Source of the DNA: a virus
Strand: one strand, 5' to 3'
Virus record (IMG/VR): IMGVR_UViG_3300021185_003122
Span: 16,260 to 80,259 of that record
DNA length: 64,000 bases
Shown here piece after piece: positions 7,659-17,534 of the stretch. The translations under genes and the position numbers were made by a program. Position 1 is the stretch's first letter. Every line of letters begins with the position of its first letter. The notes below the pieces were generated by a model that ran no database searches, had not been told where the DNA came from, and was given only the letters and a program-made list of their open reading frames with translations.

Positions 7659-8459
7659 TTATGCTATTCTATTTTTATTAACTCTTAAGAATGATTCTAC
7701 ATTATCAAATCTTATCATCTCAACATTTTGAGTTCTAAAAGTAAAATTATCTGAATCCCAATTCTTATATCGAGTTGTAATTTCTAAATCAACTGACTTT
7801 CCGGACGCACTTTTTCGAATACCTTTCAATTTACAAACATCTGAAATTCTCCAGTTATATTTAAGTTGAAGTTGAGGTAAGTAATTATCATCTTTATCAG
7901 AAGACAACTCAATTCCATTATCAGCAAATAACTTCTCTACTAAAGCTTCTGATTCCAGCTCTTTAATATCATCTTCTTGACTTCTAACAGACTTTCTTAT
8001 CTCTCTTCCTGATTCATAAAACGTATTCATTAACTTATTATACTTTACGGAATTGGAATTGAATTCAGCAATTATATCATCTTCAAAATCTACAACCAAT
8101 TGACTGAAATAAGTTAACATTTTATATCTCTTAATAACACTTTCATCCATTTTTTCAGGTCTGAAAGAACCAGTCGACATTTCTATTCTGCTAAACTTTT
8201 CTCCAACTTCTGTTTCCCAATTATGATGCAAGTAAAAATCTACTACTCCCCAATTAGAATCGGTATTAGTAATACTTACTCTTTCTCTTCCTATATTTAA
8301 TACGAACCCTTCATAAGAAGTTCCAAAATACTTTTCCAGAATTAACTTCTGTTGATTTTGCATTCTATTGCGCAACATATTAGTTCTTAATTCTAATACA
8401 TTTTGCTCTTTATAAAGTTGATCTAACCTTAAATTTAAAATTTCTACTCTTTTTGACAT
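7659..8459 (-). CDS. hypothetical protein
   Basis: 266-aa ORF, promoter at 8484-8515. Confidence 0.75.
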   Translation of the reverse strand: MSKRVEILNLRLDQLYKEQNVLELRTNMLRNRMQNQQKLILEKYFGTSYEGFVLNIGRERVSITNTDSNWGVVDFYLHHNWETEVGEKFSRIEMSTGSFRPEKMDESVIKRYKMLTYFSQLVVDFEDDIIAEFNSNSVKYNKLMNTFYESGREIRKSVRSQEDDIKELESEALVEKLFADNGIELSSDKDDNYLPQLQLKYNWRISDVCKLKGIRKSASGKSVDLEITTRYKNWDSDNFTFRTQNVEMIRFDNVESFLRVNKNRIA

Positions 8460-8502
8460 ATCTTTTATTTTTTTAATTATACCTTAATATAAGAACTAAT
8501 AA

Positions 8503-8892
8503 TCAAAAAGGCAACTTATTTTCGACTTTTTTTATCTCTTCTTCTATAAACTCAACAAAATCGCCAGCATAATCTTTTCCTCCAATATGCCATCTACTTC
8601 CAAATACAGATTTAGCTTCTTCTAAACTCCCAACTTCATTTCTAGCAAATTCAGGAGATTCAGACTTCCAATCATATATAGTAAATAACTGAATACCGTT
8701 TTCTTCAGTTTCAAACTCTACTACCCATTCATACATTACTTTACCATCACCACTATTTTCAGGTCCATAAGTCGGGTTGCCAAAATAATCTACTAAATCA
8801 TTATAAGTAATACCGTAACTTAATTTACTTTTTAAAGACGTTCCTGCAGTTTCAGGAGCATCCATTTCATCATAAGTTGTAATTTTTGTCAT
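8503..8892 (-). CDS. hypothetical phage protein
   Basis: 129 aa, DGKV..EW..FTIYDWK..WHIGG motifs; promoter at 8918-8949. Confidence 0.75.
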   Translation of the reverse strand: MTKITTYDEMDAPETAGTSLKSKLSYGITYNDLVDYFGNPTYGPENSGDGKVMYEWVVEFETEENGIQLFTIYDWKSESPEFARNEVGSLEEAKSVFGSRWHIGGKDYAGDFVEFIEEEIKKVENKLPF

Positions 8893-8952
8893 AACCTTTA
8901 TTTTTAATTTATATACCTAAATATATGATTACTTTTTCGAACAAGCAACTTT

Positions 8953-9195
8953 TTACTCAACTATTTTTAAATCTTTTTCCTTTTTCTCAAGCTTTATAAG
9001 TAGTCTGCTATACATTTCTCCTACAAAATCTTCAATATATAATGTTTTAAATGGACCAAACATTTGTCTTGAAGGAGTAGAATAAAGTTTGAAAAAATTA
9101 TTGATGTAGTTACGAGATGCATTTAAATGATCTTGATTAGTGCTTGATTCGATTACCTTGATAGACTTGCGATAGATTGATATAGCTGAATTCAT
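8953..9195 (-). CDS. hypothetical protein
   Basis: ORF in a tightly packed operon. Confidence 0.65.
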   Translation of the reverse strand: MNSAISIYRKSIKVIESSTNQDHLNASRNYINNFFKLYSTPSRQMFGPFKTLYIEDFVGEMYSRLLIKLEKKEKDLKIVE

Positions 9196-9389
9196 GAATA
9201 TTTAGTTTTATATTTGTAATAAAATTTACTTCCAACTCCTATATCTTGAATAATACAGTCCTTAGGAAGCTTGTTTGACCTAACTGAGAGTATAGAGTCA
9301 GGAGTTCTTTCGTTGAGGAACTCTTCAACATAGACTTTATTCCCATACTTCTTCTTATATGCTACTGCTATTGGAATTCTCTTTACCAT
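9192..9389 (-). CDS. hypothetical protein
   Basis: 4-nt overlap with the next gene. Confidence 0.65.
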   Translation of the reverse strand: MVKRIPIAVAYKKKYGNKVYVEEFLNERTPDSILSVRSNKLPKDCIIQDIGVGSKFYYKYKTKYS

Positions 9390-9547
9390 AATCCTTTGAA
9401 AAAGTTATATACAAAGATTGATAAACTAACAGGCCAGAGAGCAGTATGAAAGATTCTCTCTCTCCAGATCCAGGTATTCATTCCCATACTAGTTGTATAG
9501 TATTCTAACCACCAACACCATAATATTCCTACTAAGAGATATCCCAT
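9383..9547 (-). CDS. small membrane protein (54 aa)
   Basis: MGYLLVGILWCWWLEYYTT...ALWPVSLSIFVYNFFKGLW fills the operon gap. Confidence 0.6.
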   Translation of the reverse strand: MGYLLVGILWCWWLEYYTTSMGMNTWIWRERIFHTALWPVSLSIFVYNFFKGLW

Positions 9548-9966
9548 TCCTCTGCTGCTTGTTTAATATGTTTACACTTTCTATGACCAATATAACCCAT
9601 GCAATCACAGTAAAATCCGTTCTTACCTAGCTTGACCGTGTAGATCTTGTCACTGCTCGCACTCGCAAACTGACGGGGCTCGTATTTAGCCTGAGTGGGC
9701 TCGTTGCTCGGAAATATCTCGTCAAAAGGCTTCTTTTCTACCATTATGTCGTCGATCGTAGTCTGCTCGTGAACTTCAGTCCAACTAGGAGTATGAAACG
9801 TTCCATTAGCAGTTTTAAGTATACCTCCCTTACCTACATTAGTATAAGGTACAGTATAAGTAAATCTTCTAACCCATGTACCAGAGACAGGAGGAGATTG
9901 AGAATAAGCTCCATCCCTATACTCTATAGTAGTAGTTCCATTAAGTGTTACTTCCCACAACGCCAT
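9532..9966 (-). CDS. SWIM zinc-finger protein
   Basis: C-terminal YTV...CDC...CKH. Confidence 0.7.
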   Translation of the reverse strand: MALWEVTLNGTTTIEYRDGAYSQSPPVSGTWVRRFTYTVPYTNVGKGGILKTANGTFHTPSWTEVHEQTTIDDIMVEKKPFDEIFPSNEPTQAKYEPRQFASASSDKIYTVKLGKNGFYCDCMGYIGHRKCKHIKQAAEEWDIS

Positions 9967-9967
9967 A

Positions 9968-10198
9968 CTATCCTTTATATAAGTTACTACCCCATCCTAC
10001 TCTCTGATCCATCTTTCGAATAGTAGTAGCTGCTTCTACATCTTTTATTATCTCCGTTTCAGCATACTCAGTCTTTCCGGAAATAATATTCCTTACATAC
10101 CAAGCGCTAGTAGTAGAACACTTTACACAAGTCTTAGTACCAGGTAAAGCTTTTATCCTTAAAGGATTTATCTCCTCAGTACATTTACTACACTTCAT
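9968..10198 (-). CDS. DksA/TraR-like C4 zinc-finger protein
   Basis: CSKC...INPLRIKALP...CVKC. Confidence 0.7.
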   Translation of the reverse strand: MKCSKCTEEINPLRIKALPGTKTCVKCSTTSAWYVRNIISGKTEYAETEIIKDVEAATTIRKMDQRVGWGSNLYKG

Positions 10199-10451
10199 TA
10201 GCTTCGAATATTTTATCTATATCTTCTCTACTTAGCCATCCTTCTACTTCTCCATCAAACATAACCTCAAAAGAAGCTACATCTTTAACGTCAGTAACAG
10301 ACTCTCTTAAACCATTTCTACTACTAGAGTATAAACCTTCTCCAGCAACAATAGATAACTCCTTACCATTATCGAATCTATATTTCGCCATGATAGCCTT
10401 ATCAGGAATCATAGGATGCGAAACAAATACTAAATTTTTAAAACTTGCCAT
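10188..10451 (-). CDS. hypothetical protein
   Basis: 87 aa, promoter at 10476-10507. Confidence 0.7.
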   Translation of the reverse strand: MASFKNLVFVSHPMIPDKAIMAKYRFDNGKELSIVAGEGLYSSSRNGLRESVTDVKDVASFEVMFDGEVEGWLSREDIDKIFEANEV

Positions 10452-10506
10452 AACCTTTTAACTTTTATTTATATCTAAATATAAGAACTTTTAATGAGAA
10501 TACCAA

Positions 10507-11034
10507 CTACATCCACTTAATATTTTCATAAAAAGCTACTGATGAATGATGGCAAGGATTAATGTTACCTTCATTCAAATTCATCTTAATATTTAATTTA
10601 CCAGCATTAGGAATAGTTACTTGCTCTCTAAACTTCTTTCTTGTAAATAAAACAACTCCGTTAGGATCAAGAAGAGGAGAATAAAATGCTATGTGAGTAA
10701 ATATATACTTACCGTCTTCATCCTCCTTACATTTAATATTCTGGAAAGACACATACTTACTATCTGGTTTCCAGGAGGTTTTAACTTCTATAGAAACTTG
10801 TCCATCATCACTAAAAACATCGAAGCCATGTTGATTTACTAGAGGAGCTACTTTCATATCTCTTCTAAAGTAATGAGAAGCCCAGTTTTTAATAATTACC
10901 TCAGATAATTTTGGGAGGCCTCCTTCTTTTAATGCATCTCTTGCTTCTTGATCATCTCTTATGTATTTTTCTAGAATAGGTTTAGGAAATCCTAAATCAC
11001 TAGCATACATACTAAGTATCGGTTGCTCTTTCAT
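10507..11034 (-). CDS. PD-(D/E)XK endonuclease-like protein
   Basis: GFDV...IEVKT motif. Confidence 0.55.
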   Translation of the reverse strand: MKEQPILSMYASDLGFPKPILEKYIRDDQEARDALKEGGLPKLSEVIIKNWASHYFRRDMKVAPLVNQHGFDVFSDDGQVSIEVKTSWKPDSKYVSFQNIKCKEDEDGKYIFTHIAFYSPLLDPNGVVLFTRKKFREQVTIPNAGKLNIKMNLNEGNINPCHHSSVAFYENIKWM

Positions 11035-11399
11035 TATATAACCATTTTAAAATTAGATTCTTCTTTAAATGCTGCTACTTCATATGGGTGATTATCATAT
11101 CTATACCCCATACTATAATATCTAGTATACCAAGAAGGAGATTGAAGATAATGCTGATATTCATGAATGATAGTTTCAGCTAAATGCTTCTCATCTTCCA
11201 TATGCTTGTAGTATATAACTATAGTATTATAGTCATGTAACCACTCTGCCTGAGTATCATCATCTCCTGTATATTTAGACTTAAGAGAAGGTTCAAATTC
11301 TATATAAGGAGAACATTCATGGAACTTACTTAGCCCATAATGCTCTACTACTCTTTCTAAAATCTCTTTACTTAATCTTTTTGCTGTACGTAAATGCAT
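11034..11399 (-). CDS. HEXXH metallopeptidase-like protein
   Basis: TIIHEYQHYLQ...PYEVAA; promoter at 11416-11447. Confidence 0.65.
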   Translation of the reverse strand: MHLRTAKRLSKEILERVVEHYGLSKFHECSPYIEFEPSLKSKYTGDDDTQAEWLHDYNTIVIYYKHMEDEKHLAETIIHEYQHYLQSPSWYTRYYSMGYRYDNHPYEVAAFKEESNFKMVI

Positions 11400-11451
11400 A
11401 ACCTTTTATTTATACTAAATATAAGAAAAAAAATTGTAACTAGCAACTTTT

Positions 11452-12627
11452 TTATATTAAATTTGCTGCTTTATTTACTTTCATAAATAATCTATCAATA
11501 ACAGGAGCATGACCACAATTTTCAACACATAAAATACATTTGCCATCTTCTATAGATTTATCCCATCCTTTATAAAAGAAAGAATCAAACGTTTTAAAGA
11601 TATCTGAGTATTCAGTACTGTTTAAGTTTACTTTATCAGGTCCTCCTACTCCTTGAAGTAGTTGATTAGGAATTTCTGAACCAGCAGCATTATCTGCTAG
11701 AGCATATCCTGTATAACAACATGGAAGTAATACTCCGTTAGGAGTAAGGTATAGACCTTTATGCTTATCACTATCAACTTCACATTGAATTGAAGTATTA
11801 TCTAAATGAGAATATTTAGAGTAATCAATATCCATAGGTTTGTATTCAGGAAGTTTATTGTACTTTAAAATTTTATTTACATCAATTGAGTCACTTCCTT
11901 TTTTAATCTTCTTCATGCTTTTAGATAAATGAGATTTAGGAAGAGATATACTATAAACCTTTTTACCTTCTTTATCATATACAGGAGTATCCCATGTAAG
12001 ATTATTAACTTGATCTTCCATACCTAATGATCTTTTAGGAGCAAAAAACTTAAAACCAAGATTAGTAGATAATTTTTTAGCATCATCTATCTGATGTTCA
12101 TTATGTTCAAATGTAATAAAGTCCCACTGAGCTGTTCCACCATTATCAATAAATGCTTTTACATTGTCCATTAGTTTAGACCATTTAACATTTCTTCTAT
12201 AAAGGTGATTAGTATCTTCTAGTCCATCTATTCCAAAAATAACTAAATGAGATTTAAATAATTTAAGATAAGAAGCTAACTCTTTCCAGAATTTAGGATT
12301 ACGATTTCCTCCATTAGAATTAACTGATATGTGCATATCCTTTCTAATATTAGCTACATAACCAATTATATCTAAAATATATGGGTTAGAACAAGGATCT
12401 CCATAGTCTCCACATAATTTTAACTCTTTTACTTTTTTAATTATGTTTGGACCAAGCCATTTATCTAAATTTTCAACAGTTAAGTCTTCTAATTTAAGTT
12501 GAGGATGTTTTACAGGAGTTCCTGGAATAAATCTAGCACATATAGGACAAGCGGCATTACATCTAGTTGTTGCCTCAATATGAATGTAGTATTCTACTTC
12601 TGATCTATTATGGGAATTAGTCCACAT
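11452..12627 (-). CDS. radical SAM protein with C-terminal SPASM/twitch-like domain
   Basis: CNAACPIC motif; C-terminal C...PCC...CILCVENC. Confidence 0.85.
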   Translation of the reverse strand: MWTNSHNRSEVEYYIHIEATTRCNAACPICARFIPGTPVKHPQLKLEDLTVENLDKWLGPNIIKKVKELKLCGDYGDPCSNPYILDIIGYVANIRKDMHISVNSNGGNRNPKFWKELASYLKLFKSHLVIFGIDGLEDTNHLYRRNVKWSKLMDNVKAFIDNGGTAQWDFITFEHNEHQIDDAKKLSTNLGFKFFAPKRSLGMEDQVNNLTWDTPVYDKEGKKVYSISLPKSHLSKSMKKIKKGSDSIDVNKILKYNKLPEYKPMDIDYSKYSHLDNTSIQCEVDSDKHKGLYLTPNGVLLPCCYTGYALADNAAGSEIPNQLLQGVGGPDKVNLNSTEYSDIFKTFDSFFYKGWDKSIEDGKCILCVENCGHAPVIDRLFMKVNKAANLI

Positions 12628-13424
12628 TAATTACTTAGAGGAGCTTTTATAGATGGATGACTTTTGTAATTAATTAAATCTACATCGAAGTCTCCTGTAT
12701 AAATATTAAAGCAAACAACTTTAGCTTCCGGAAGGTCATAAGAATATCTGTCTAATTGCTTTTCTGCTTGCTCTAAATGATTGGTATATAAATGAACATC
12801 TCCAAAGTTGCCTATCAGCTCTCCAGGTTCTAATCTAGTCTCTTTACATAGTAACAACAGTAACAAACCGTAACTACTAATGTTAAACGGTACTCCTAAG
12901 AATAGGTCAGCACTTCTTTGATTCCACATAAGAGAGAGCTTACCATCTGCTACATAACATTGAAAAGAGTAATGGCATGGAGGAAGAGTCATCTTATCTA
13001 AATCTTCTACATTCCAACTATCAACCAAATGTCTTCTACTATCTGGATTGCTTATAATTCCTGTAATCAGATTCTCTAGCTGATCAATACCATTTATGTC
13101 TCTCCATTGCTTACCGTATATAGGTCCTAACTCTCCATCTGTTCTACCAGACTTCTTATAATCACCATCCCATATCTTACAGTTATTATCTTGAAGATAC
13201 TTAATATTAGTATCACCTCTTAAGAACCATTTCAACTCAGTAACCATAGTCTTAAATGCAATCTTCTTAGTAGTCAAGATAGGAAAACCATCTGACATAT
13301 CATGTCTGATTGATGCTCCGAAGATAGATTTAGTACCTGTTCCGGTCCTATCAGTTTTAACAACTCCTCTAGTAAGAACTTGTTTGAGAAGTTTCTGATA
13401 GTCGTTGTCTAAACTATTAGCCAT
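12627..13424 (-). CDS. thyA: thymidylate synthase
   Basis: DRTGTGT, LPPCH, QRSADLFLGVPFN (dUMP-specifying Asn), GDVHLYTNH. Confidence 0.97.
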   Translation of the reverse strand: MANSLDNDYQKLLKQVLTRGVVKTDRTGTGTKSIFGASIRHDMSDGFPILTTKKIAFKTMVTELKWFLRGDTNIKYLQDNNCKIWDGDYKKSGRTDGELGPIYGKQWRDINGIDQLENLITGIISNPDSRRHLVDSWNVEDLDKMTLPPCHYSFQCYVADGKLSLMWNQRSADLFLGVPFNISSYGLLLLLLCKETRLEPGELIGNFGDVHLYTNHLEQAEKQLDRYSYDLPEAKVVCFNIYTGDFDVDLINYKSHPSIKAPLSN

Positions 13425-13605
13425 ATATTAGGACTCTTTCTTGTTTAGCTTCATTTACTAAAGCTCTTTTAAGAGTTTTACCAAAAGGTCTTTTAGATAC
13501 CTGTTCGAAAGTTAATCCCTCTACCGTTATGTGATAGCCAGGAATGACTGATTCAGATATTCTAGCGTTTATTTTAGTTGGGGCTATAAAGTATAATTTT
13601 TGCAT
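13417..13605 (-). CDS. hypothetical protein
   Basis: 62 aa, promoter at 13623-13654. Confidence 0.6.
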   Translation of the reverse strand: MQKLYFIAPTKINARISESVIPGYHITVEGLTFEQVSKRPFGKTLKRALVNEAKQERVLIYG

Positions 13606-13653
13606 AACATTTTATTTATACTCTAATATAGGAATAAATTATATAACATCCAA

Positions 13654-14073
13654 CTATATCAACGAGGAATTTGGTTTAAGTTTAGTCCCCTCAAAGTCAA
13701 AATCTTCTATGCCATACTTATCATATTGATCTAGAGGAAGATTAATTAACTTAGCTACTTCTATATAGTCTACCGTTATTTCTTCATTCTCTTTTATAAG
13801 TTTAGTACTTATTAAGAATATATTATTACCTAGGAGAGACACCTTGCTATTAGGAGAGCTACTATGATTAGCATACCTTGCTATAGGAATAGATTCTATC
13901 CATCCATCATATAGAACTCTACCTTCTATAATAGGAATAAGATCCTTACTTAAATAAAATCCAATATTAGTTTCTGGAATGATGTTATAAGAGGCTAAAA
14001 GTCCTTTACCTCTTGGAGGAGTATCTCCAACTCTAAATAATACTTTTTGCTTGTTCAAAATGCTCTTCTTCAA
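13654..14073 (-). CDS. SET-domain protein (putative lysine methyltransferase)
   Basis: GKGLLA, RYANHSSSPN, IKENEEITVDY. Confidence 0.85.
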   Translation of the reverse strand: MKKSILNKQKVLFRVGDTPPRGKGLLASYNIIPETNIGFYLSKDLIPIIEGRVLYDGWIESIPIARYANHSSSPNSKVSLLGNNIFLISTKLIKENEEITVDYIEVAKLINLPLDQYDKYGIEDFDFEGTKLKPNSSLI

Positions 14074-14623
14074 AAAATATAATTAAAGCATACCTGCTTC
14101 CTTCAGTAACTTCAGTTACTAAATGTTCATAAGTAGGAGGAAACATAATACAGTTACCTAATTCTCTTCCTGCATCTCCATAGGTAGTCATTTTCAAAGT
14201 ACCTCCATTATATTCATCTGAGTCAGATAATTGAGCAGAAAAAGACCTATAGATTATTTGGCTTCCATATTTGGAGAAGTCAACATGCTTTGTTAACTTA
14301 TGACCGATTCCATACTTCATTATTTTGATAGTAGGACAGGAGCTGATGCCCCAATCCTGTAATCTATCTACTATAAAATCTTTGAGTGTTTGGTCTTCGG
14401 TTTCAATCCAAGTAGCGTTACTATCCTTTCGCCATCTTACAATAAGAGTACCATCAGCATTAACTTCTTCTTCTCCAATCTCTCTATTGTACTTAGCTCT
14501 TCCTTGTTTGATAGTATCTACTAAAGTGAGAGTATCATGTCCCTCAACCTCTTTAGAATTATCATAAAAACTTCTTATATACGCACAGTCTTCTGGCGAG
14601 AATAAAACCTTTTGTTGAAACAT
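14033..14623 (-). CDS. 2OG-Fe(II) oxygenase (prolyl-hydroxylase-like)
   Basis: Y...HVD...YNGG...FP...HLVTEVTEGSRY. Confidence 0.85.
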   Translation of the reverse strand: MFQQKVLFSPEDCAYIRSFYDNSKEVEGHDTLTLVDTIKQGRAKYNREIGEEEVNADGTLIVRWRKDSNATWIETEDQTLKDFIVDRLQDWGISSCPTIKIMKYGIGHKLTKHVDFSKYGSQIIYRSFSAQLSDSDEYNGGTLKMTTYGDAGRELGNCIMFPPTYEHLVTEVTEGSRYALIIFFEEEHFEQAKSII

Positions 14624-14626
14624 ATA

Positions 14627-14767
14627 TTACGAATGCTTAGCCTTGAAGTAAGTAATAAAGTTATTTAAGATACTAGCAGATTGAGTTTTCTTATCAGAAG
14701 CAGGTTCTGTAATACTTCTCTGCTGTACGTCTGTTTTCCAATTAAATGTTTTATATACGTTTGGCAT
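14627..14767 (-). CDS. small protein (46 aa)
   Basis: MPNVYKTFNWKTDVQQRSITEPASDKKTQSASILNNFITYFKAKHS fills the gap between neighbours. Confidence 0.65.
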   Translation of the reverse strand: MPNVYKTFNWKTDVQQRSITEPASDKKTQSASILNNFITYFKAKHS

Positions 14768-14769
14768 AA

Positions 14770-16986
14770 TTATACTAATTTATGATTTACTTTAAGGTCT
14801 TGTCTGTTGAATACTTCGTTAAGAGAGTCATTATCACCTAATCCTGATACTATATGACCATCAACTATAAAGTTGTGCTCACTTTCGAATAGCTTATCAC
14901 CATCTACTTCTAGGTTGTACCAGTTAGTAATATACATTTGCTCTACCTCTCCTACCTTATCTAGTGTAGTCCAGTTATTATCTACTAATACTGGGTGTTG
15001 AGGTTCTCCAATCATATTCTCTGTCTTAACTACATCTACTACTGCTTCAGTTGGGTGAACTAATGCTTTAGTAACTATACCTTCGACAAACTCTCCATTT
15101 CTAAATGATTTTACTTTATCTCCTTCTACTACTTCTCCAATTGGTTTAGTAGTTCCATCAAACATCTCTACTTGAGAATCGTAAGTAAAACATTTCCAGT
15201 TATGTACTAAGTATCCGTTAGCATAGAAATTATAGTTATCAGCAACGTCATCTAATCTATATACAGTTACTTCTCCTTCTTGAACTTCTATTCCTTTTAC
15301 TTCTACTTCGTTATTGTCTTTAGATACTAATTTATCTCCTTCTGTTAAGTCTTGAGCAACTGTCCAGCCTTTTCCAGCAACATATAATCTATGAAGAGGA
15401 GTAGAAATAATCTCATCTCCTTCTAGAGTTACCTTAATAACTTTATCTACTTGACTTGACTTAACACTTCCTACTGTAGCTGGCTCTCCTTCTCCTGTTT
15501 TTTCATTCCAAGATAAAAGCTCATCTCCTGATACTACATCTTCGATGTTTTTAGTATCTCCATTAGATAGAGTAATTACTGTACCTGCAGGGAAACAGTT
15601 GTGAGTTACAATCTTCAAGTGAGTGTTTTCATCTGCAAGGAAGAATGTATCTGTAGTTTCCATATCTACAACGTGTACATTATATGATCCGCTTAATACT
15701 TCAGCTTCATTACTAGCAATTGGAACTAATGAACCAGAACTATTAATTAATGAATGGACAGCTGGATCAACATCTACTAATGTTTCATACTTTAACTTAT
15801 TAGAACCTGACTCATGTACTAAGATAGCAGATGCTCCTGATATTCTAATAGGTCCACTTCCTGATGGTGTTAAGTTAAAGATAATTCCATATGGTAATGA
15901 AAGCTCTACGTTATTAATAAGAACTGAGCTAGTAATGTAAGAACCAGAAGGTAAATCTGAACCTGCATGTTCCCATTCTAGATATTCTGTAGCAACATCA
16001 CTATCAGGTGAACCTGAAATGAAATATGATTTAAATGTATCACTTACAGCTGCTCCTGAAATAGCTACGATAGTTCCATCATCTTTTACTAATTCTTCTT
16101 CTTCAAATATTCCACCGTAATCAGTTCCTACACCAAATACTGGAGTGTTAGTTGCAAATTCAAAGTAATGTTGATTACCAAATTGATGAGCTAATTGAGA
16201 GTCAGAAGCATCTGTAGAAGTTGGTTTTTCTAGAACTGCTTCAGTTTCTGTGTATGCAAGAATGCTTTGCGATAAAGCTGTACCATAAACAACACTGTAT
16301 AATCTAGTTGATACTGCTTTACTTCCAGAAACATTTTCGTAATAATTTTGAATTAATGAATTACCATCCTTAATTTCATCAATAAAATTAGTATATCTAT
16401 CATCTGAACCAGAAGTAGAATGACCAATCTTATAAAACTTTAATGGTTGGTACATAGTAGTAGTTGTATCTTTAACTACAATGTCAGGCATGTTAGATGA
16501 ATTAAAAGTTCTATCTAAAGTATCTACTACTCCTTCTGAAGAAGAATAGTAATAAGATGCTGCTGATCCTGAATCATTATTGTCATAAAATAATTCTAAT
16601 ATGTTTAGATTATTTTTTGCGTATGTACTGTCTAAGATTGCTGCTTCATCATATGCCAGTCTTAAAATAAACTTACTATCACTATCCGAAATAGATGTAG
16701 GATAGATAGTAGTTCCTTCTTCAATAGTTTTATTGAAGGTTAATGCTGAACCAGTATAGTCTGATGCTATACTAGATGAGAAGTGATTTACAAAGTCAGT
16801 TTGATGATCTTTGTAAACTACATGAATCTCAGTAATATTGTTTGAGTCCCATACTGGGTATAGGGATGAATAGTCGAAATGCGTAAAGGCAGCTGATGCA
16901 ATACCTGTATCAGTGTTTATTTCTAAAAGCCTTAGGTTATCCGAACTATCTGTTGCAAAGTCTGCTGAAAATAAGGTACCTTTCAT
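14770..16986 (-). CDS. multi-Hint (intein-like) protein with ATP-grasp-like N-terminus
   Basis: THN|C464FPAGT...STPLH...LVHN596; WK; C599FTYDS...QHP...IVSG; N-terminal DF...LLEINTD. Confidence 0.8.
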   Translation of the reverse strand: MKGTLFSADFATDSSDNLRLLEINTDTGIASAAFTHFDYSSLYPVWDSNNITEIHVVYKDHQTDFVNHFSSSIASDYTGSALTFNKTIEEGTTIYPTSISDSDSKFILRLAYDEAAILDSTYAKNNLNILELFYDNNDSGSAASYYYSSSEGVVDTLDRTFNSSNMPDIVVKDTTTTMYQPLKFYKIGHSTSGSDDRYTNFIDEIKDGNSLIQNYYENVSGSKAVSTRLYSVVYGTALSQSILAYTETEAVLEKPTSTDASDSQLAHQFGNQHYFEFATNTPVFGVGTDYGGIFEEEELVKDDGTIVAISGAAVSDTFKSYFISGSPDSDVATEYLEWEHAGSDLPSGSYITSSVLINNVELSLPYGIIFNLTPSGSGPIRISGASAILVHESGSNKLKYETLVDVDPAVHSLINSSGSLVPIASNEAEVLSGSYNVHVVDMETTDTFFLADENTHLKIVTHNCFPAGTVITLSNGDTKNIEDVVSGDELLSWNEKTGEGEPATVGSVKSSQVDKVIKVTLEGDEIISTPLHRLYVAGKGWTVAQDLTEGDKLVSKDNNEVEVKGIEVQEGEVTVYRLDDVADNYNFYANGYLVHNWKCFTYDSQVEMFDGTTKPIGEVVEGDKVKSFRNGEFVEGIVTKALVHPTEAVVDVVKTENMIGEPQHPVLVDNNWTTLDKVGEVEQMYITNWYNLEVDGDKLFESEHNFIVDGHIVSGLGDNDSLNEVFNRQDLKVNHKLV

Positions 16987-17028
16987 AGTGTTGTTAGTTA
17001 AATCTAGATTTACTTATAAATATCATGT

Positions 17029-17370
17029 TTAGGCAAATAAATGACGAATCCATGCAATTAATCCATTAATATTTAATGCAACCAAGTTCCATTGCTTTCT
17101 AGAAGCTGTTTGAATCATTACACAGACGAATCCTATAATATAAAATATAGGTTCTATAGTCCATTGAGCAGCTATTAAGAATCCTGTTCCCATATAGCCT
17201 ACCCTTGAAGCAAACTTCTCATATGAAGATAGTTTACGTCTATATGATAAATATCTTAAAAATGATCGATACCAACGAAACTCACACTGAGAGCAGGTGA
17301 GCTTTTTTGGAGTCTTGAAGTGTTTTTCAAGCTTTAGTTTATTACATTTGTTACATTTACGCTTAACCAT
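17029..17370 (-). CDS. hypothetical protein (CxxC pairs and C-terminal TM)
   Basis: 113-aa ORF. Confidence 0.6.
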   Translation of the reverse strand: MVKRKCNKCNKLKLEKHFKTPKKLTCSQCEFRWYRSFLRYLSYRRKLSSYEKFASRVGYMGTGFLIAAQWTIEPIFYIIGFVCVMIQTASRKQWNLVALNINGLIAWIRHLFA

Positions 17371-17506
17371 ATATGTTAATATAGCACTTTTTACACAATT
17401 GACCAGCGCCTTCTACATAAAAGTTTCTAAAGTGTATATTAGTACCTCTTGTATATTCTGTATCTTCCCAACAGGTAACACATTTTTCAAAAGTATCTGG
17501 TATCAT
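17363..17506 (-). CDS. small Zn-binding hypothetical protein
   Basis: CVTC...YVEGAGQLCKKC; start probably MIPD at 17506. Confidence 0.55.
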   Translation of the reverse strand: MIPDTFEKCVTCWEDTEYTRGTNIHFRNFYVEGAGQLCKKCYINIYG

Positions 17507-17534
17507 ATCTTCATCTATGTAATGAGCTCCTGAA

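Noticed and set aside
11452-12627. Radical SAM protein as viperin or QueE
   Set aside because: Its length and C-terminal Cys-rich SPASM/twitch-like domain fit neither, and there are no queC/queD neighbours
12627-13424. ThyA as a dCMP hydroxymethylase
   Set aside because: It has the dUMP-specifying Asn (GVPFN) and canonical motifs
14770-16986. Mobile intein with homing endonuclease
   Set aside because: The Hint units are short, lack LAGLIDADG/HNH inserts and lack complete splicing junctions
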